A stretch of DNA of 64,000 nucleotides. Origin: Ctenodactylus gundi (lineage: Eukaryota). Below the pieces are notes generated by a model. That model saw nothing but the letters and a program-made list of their open reading frames with translations, did not search any database and was not told the DNA's origin. Of this stretch, positions 61,256 to 64,000 are shown in pieces. How positions within the stretch are numbered: the stretch's first letter is position 1; each line of letters opens with the position of its first letter. Made by a program: the position numbers and the translations under genes. The stretch lies in contig CM109709.1 of NCBI GenBank assembly GCA_048771875.1, forward strand, positions 44,196,541 to 44,260,540, read 5' to 3'.

Positions 61256-62104
61256 GTTCGGGGAGCGGGGTGTGTGTTGGGGTGAGGAAGGGGGACAGGC
61301 GGGGTTAGGGTCCACCGCAGTACAGCGCCCCCAGCTCTGGGCCCTGCCCCTCCTGCGCCCCATCCGTACCCTGCGCTGGCCTCCCAAACTACTTTGGGTC
61401 CGAAACATTTTGAGTTTTGTTTTTCATATTTCATTTTCCATATTTGGTTTATTAATCCAGAAAGGCTGTGGACCTGTAAGAGACAACGTGGTGCCAGTAA
61501 CTATTGTTAATGCCGAATGTCATTCAATAAAAAAGATAAGCGTGAACAGTGTTTAATGTATTACTAAGTAGGGATGATCGCTTGCAGTTACCCATGACTC
61601 ACCACTTCTACGTCATCCATCGTGGGATGCCGCCCACTTTCTAAGAGTAAAGTTCCAATCCGAGGATGGTTGAAATATCGTACCCTGTTTATTACATTCT
61701 TATATGCATAGATCCGCCCTGTAAATTAGGTTGCTGTTATTTCTGGATTTCATAGTTGGGTCAAGTGAGGTACAAAGAGATCACATACCTTCTGCGGGGT
61801 TCCCGAGCCAGAAGAAACAGACTGGTTTCAGAGCTAGGCGTCTCGTACCACCGCAAATAAAGGATAGGGTTGAGGGAAGTAAACAAACACAAAGGATAAA
61901 CATGCTACAAGCTCATGCCTCAAGCTGTGAATTTACAAGCACCCTGTGGTTCCTTTTTATTTATTTTATTTTACTGGAATAGCAATTTAGAAAGGGCTAC
62001 TCAGATCATTCTCAAGACCAGTGGTGTGGCAGTTGGTATTGTTTCATTATAAACTTACCAAATGATCACCATTTCTTTAAAAGTCTCCACCCACCCACTT
62101 AAGT

Positions 62105-62285
62105 TGGGGAATGTAACTCAATAGTAGAGTGCTTACCTGGCGTGCAGAGCGATAAGGTGGGTCCCCTTCACCACACATGCACACTGTGCATACACTCACA
62201 CACACACACACACAGAGAGAGAGGGGAGGGTAGATGTGGGTGTAGCTCAGTGATACAGTGTTTGCCTAGTATTTATGACCACAAA
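62105..62285 (+). repeat. Two tRNA-like SINE heads flanking a (CA)n tract, in PARP2 intron 1.
   Basis: ggggaatgtaactcaatagtagagtgcttacctggcgtgcagagcgataaggtgggtccccttcacc ... gggtagatgtgggtgtagctcagtgatacagtgtttgcctag. Confidence 0.55.
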
Positions 62286-62356
62286 ACGGATTATTTTTCA
62301 ATGAAGGGTCATGTTCACTGCGCTCATTCTTTTTTGTTCCTTGCTCTCCCTCTTAG

Positions 62357-62518
62357 GTCCTGCAGCATTAAAGGAAACCAAGAGAGTTAATAATGGCTGC
62401 ACAGCTACCGAAGACTGTCCTCCTATTAAGAAAACTCGCAGAACCCAGAAACAGGGAGTGAAAAAGGAGCCTGTGGCCGGAGGAAAGACTGATAAGGACA
62501 GGACAGAAGACAATCAAG
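62357..62518 (+). CDS. PARP2: PARP2 coding exon 2 (G PAALKETKRVNNGCTATEDCPPIKKTRRTQKQGVKKEPVAGGKTDKDRTEDNQ).
   Basis: + ORF 62311..62619. Acceptor is ctcttag|gt and donor is caag|gtaggt. Human has ALNESKRVNNGNTAPEDSSPAKKTRR...KDRTEDKQ. Confidence 0.85.
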
Positions 62519-62824
62519 GTAGGTGGCTAGACCGAACATGGGTCAGCAGGAGGGGCTTGGGAAGGGTGGGTGATAACTTGTTCTTTCAACTTGTTTTTCC
62601 TCCTTTCTTGAGAATATAATTAATTCGGTTCGCTGCGCTTCAGGTATGCCACAGTCCTAATTTTGCTTTGTTGAATCTTGTTCACATATTAGAGATGGGT
62701 TGAGATCTAGGCAGAAGACCAGTACTGAATAGGACCTGCAAAATTGATTATGACAGGTTTCTACCTTGACAGCTGCTTCTGATCCCCATGTAAGTAACTG
62801 TAGTATGTGTTGACCTTTTCTCAG

Positions 62825-62895
62825 AATCTGTGAAATCTTTGCTGTTAAAAGGCAAAGCTCCAGTGGACCCAGAGTGTACAACCAAGGTGGGAAAG
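62825..62895 (+). CDS. PARP2: PARP2 coding exon 3 (ESVKSLLLKGKAPVDPECTTKVGK).
   Basis: + ORF 62830..63024. Acceptor is ttttctcag|aa and donor is aag|gtgaga. Human has ESVKALLLKGKAPVDPECTAKVGK. Confidence 0.88.
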
Positions 62896-63169
62896 GTGAG
62901 AGACTCCAGAACCAGTTCTCAGTGCTCTGATTTCCCAGAGAGCAGGGTTCTTTCATCCTTGGAATTCTTGTATAGGATATTGTTAGTACTCATTTTTTTA
63001 AAAGTCTTCCTAAAATTTCACTAGTAATCGATTTTATCTGAGAATGAGACATAGGAGTGGTAGGGCTTGGGATTAATAATAACTTTAGGGATTAATGATA
63101 ACTTTTAGGTTCCCATAAGTCTTCCACACTTTATTCTCTTTTTACCAAAAAAGTACATTATTAAGGGAG

Positions 63170-63410
63170 AAATTTTTTTTTTTTTTGAGACAGGGTCTTG
63201 GTCTTAGCCCAGGCTGGTCCTGAACTCACTTTGGAGCCCAGGCTGGCCTTGTACTCATGGCCACCCTCCTGCCTGAGCCTCCTGAGTGCTGGGATGATTA
63301 CAGGCAAGCACTACCATGCCCAGCTTTATTTGGTGCTGGAGAATCAAACTCAGGGCCTTGTATCTTCAAGGCAAGCACTTTAACCTCTGTGCCATTCCTC
63401 CAGCCCCAGA
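63170..63410 (-). repeat. Composite SINE in PARP2 intron 3.
   Basis: T-run gagacagggtcttggtcttagcccaggctggtcctgaactcactttggagcccaggctggcc...ctgtgccattcctccagcccc. Confidence 0.85.
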
Positions 63411-63746
63411 ATTGTTTTTTTGTCCTAATAAGAAACTACCCTACAATGGCATGACTTCCAGACAAATAGGAAAAGATTTTGAAAAATATAGGGAAAAAAG
63501 CTGCTTTTTCTGTTGAGCATTTTTTTTCAGCTAGTCATGTGTGCCCTATAACTAGAAATAGGGAGCGTGTTTTCAGTGTAGTCATGACAGGCTATGTGTG
63601 GAACGTGGGTTCTCCTTTCTTCCCTGGGAGGTAGATGTTGGCGGTGCCAGACTTTAAGAACTTTAAGGCATAAGAAGATGTAGAGCCTCACTGTGGCTCT
63701 CAGTGCCCAGCACTTACTAAGGCCACTTTTTTCTTTCTTTCCCTAG

Positions 63747-63797
63747 GCCCATGTGTATTGTGAAGGAAATGATGTTTATGATGTCATGCTGAATCAA
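63747..63797 (+). CDS. PARP2: PARP2 coding exon 4 (AHVYCEGNDVYDVMLNQ). The gene continues past the window end.
   Basis: Acceptor is ccctag|gcc and donor is caa|gtaaga. This is identical to the human WGR-domain start AHVYCEGNDVYDVMLNQ. Confidence 0.88.
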
Positions 63798-63849
63798 GTA
63801 AGAGGAGAAACCGTCATATTTATGACAACATCTTATTTTTCTTTTCTCT

Positions 63850-64000
63850 TTTTTTTTTTTCTTTTTGAGACAGGGTCTCACCCTGTAGCCCAGGCTGGTC
63901 CTGAATTCACTGTGGAGCCCAGGCTGGCCTTGGACTTAGGGCAGTCCTCCTGCCTCAGCCTCCTAAGTGTTGGGGTTACAGCTGTGTGCCTCCACACCCG
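63850..64000 (-). repeat. Composite SINE in PARP2 intron 4, truncated by the window end.
   Basis: T-run gagacagggtctcaccctgtagcccaggctggtcctgaattcactgtggagcccaggctggcc...cctcctaagtgttggggttacagc. Confidence 0.8.

Larger units (their letters stand above)
60350..61400. promoter_or_regulatory. CpG island spanning RPPH1 and the PARP2 5' end.
   Basis: Very high CpG density (ccgccggccgccgcggcccgccgg...). The long ORFs on both strands here are GC-content artefacts. Confidence 0.7.

Noticed and set aside
61045-61556. Long ORFs of 129 aa on the minus strand and 169 aa on the plus strand across the RPPH1/PARP2 CpG island.
   Set aside because: They are in a GC-rich island with low-complexity Pro/Arg/Gly-rich translations. 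The real PARP2 reading frame is the +1 frame starting at 61213 and is interrupted by an intron at 61256.
62519-62575. In-frame read-through of the PARP2 exon-2 donor (GRWLDRTWVSRRG...) as a long-isoform extension.
   Set aside because: No downstream GT in the correct phase has a credible donor consensus. The canonical donor at 62519 is strong, so this is treated as intron.
1-64000. Expectation of a novel prokaryotic or defence-type system, a CRISPR array or an operon.
   Set aside because: The sequence is mammalian. It has spliced genes with GT/AG introns, CpG islands, SINEs and microsatellites. There are no regular repeat-spacer arrays, no bacterial RBS or operon structure, and no dense gene packing.

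Overview
This window is mammalian nuclear DNA, and by gene content and order it is orthologous to human 14q11.2. The tRNA-head/7SL-body composite SINEs suggest a rodent or other Glires species that is not mouse or rat. No prokaryotic features, CRISPR array or previously undescribed system is visible.

Genes from left to right:
- The 3' end of an intact olfactory receptor gene on the plus strand (1..592).
- TTC5 on the minus strand: 10 coding exons with the stop at 17234 and the ATG at 32423, 440 codons in total, with a CpG-island promoter at about 32.2-32.6 kb.
- CCNB1IP1/HEI10 on the minus strand: 3 coding exons at 35260..41184, 278 codons, with a CpG-island non-coding exon at about 43.0 kb and a candidate distal first exon at about 53.8 kb.
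- A C/D-box snoRNA resembling SNORD126, on the minus strand at about 48.64-48.71 kb.
- RPPH1 (RNase P RNA H1), a pol III gene on the minus strand at about 60660..60985, with TATA/PSE/octamer elements upstream.
- PARP2 on the plus strand, head-to-head with RPPH1: ATG at 61213 and exons 1-4 before the gene runs off the window.

At least 55 SINE copies, three copies of a ~0.5 kb element with an L1-like 3' end, and many microsatellites fill the intergenic and intronic space. Exon coordinates are anchored on the supplied ORF track and are accurate to within about 3 nt. Repeat boundaries are approximate, within about 10 nt.
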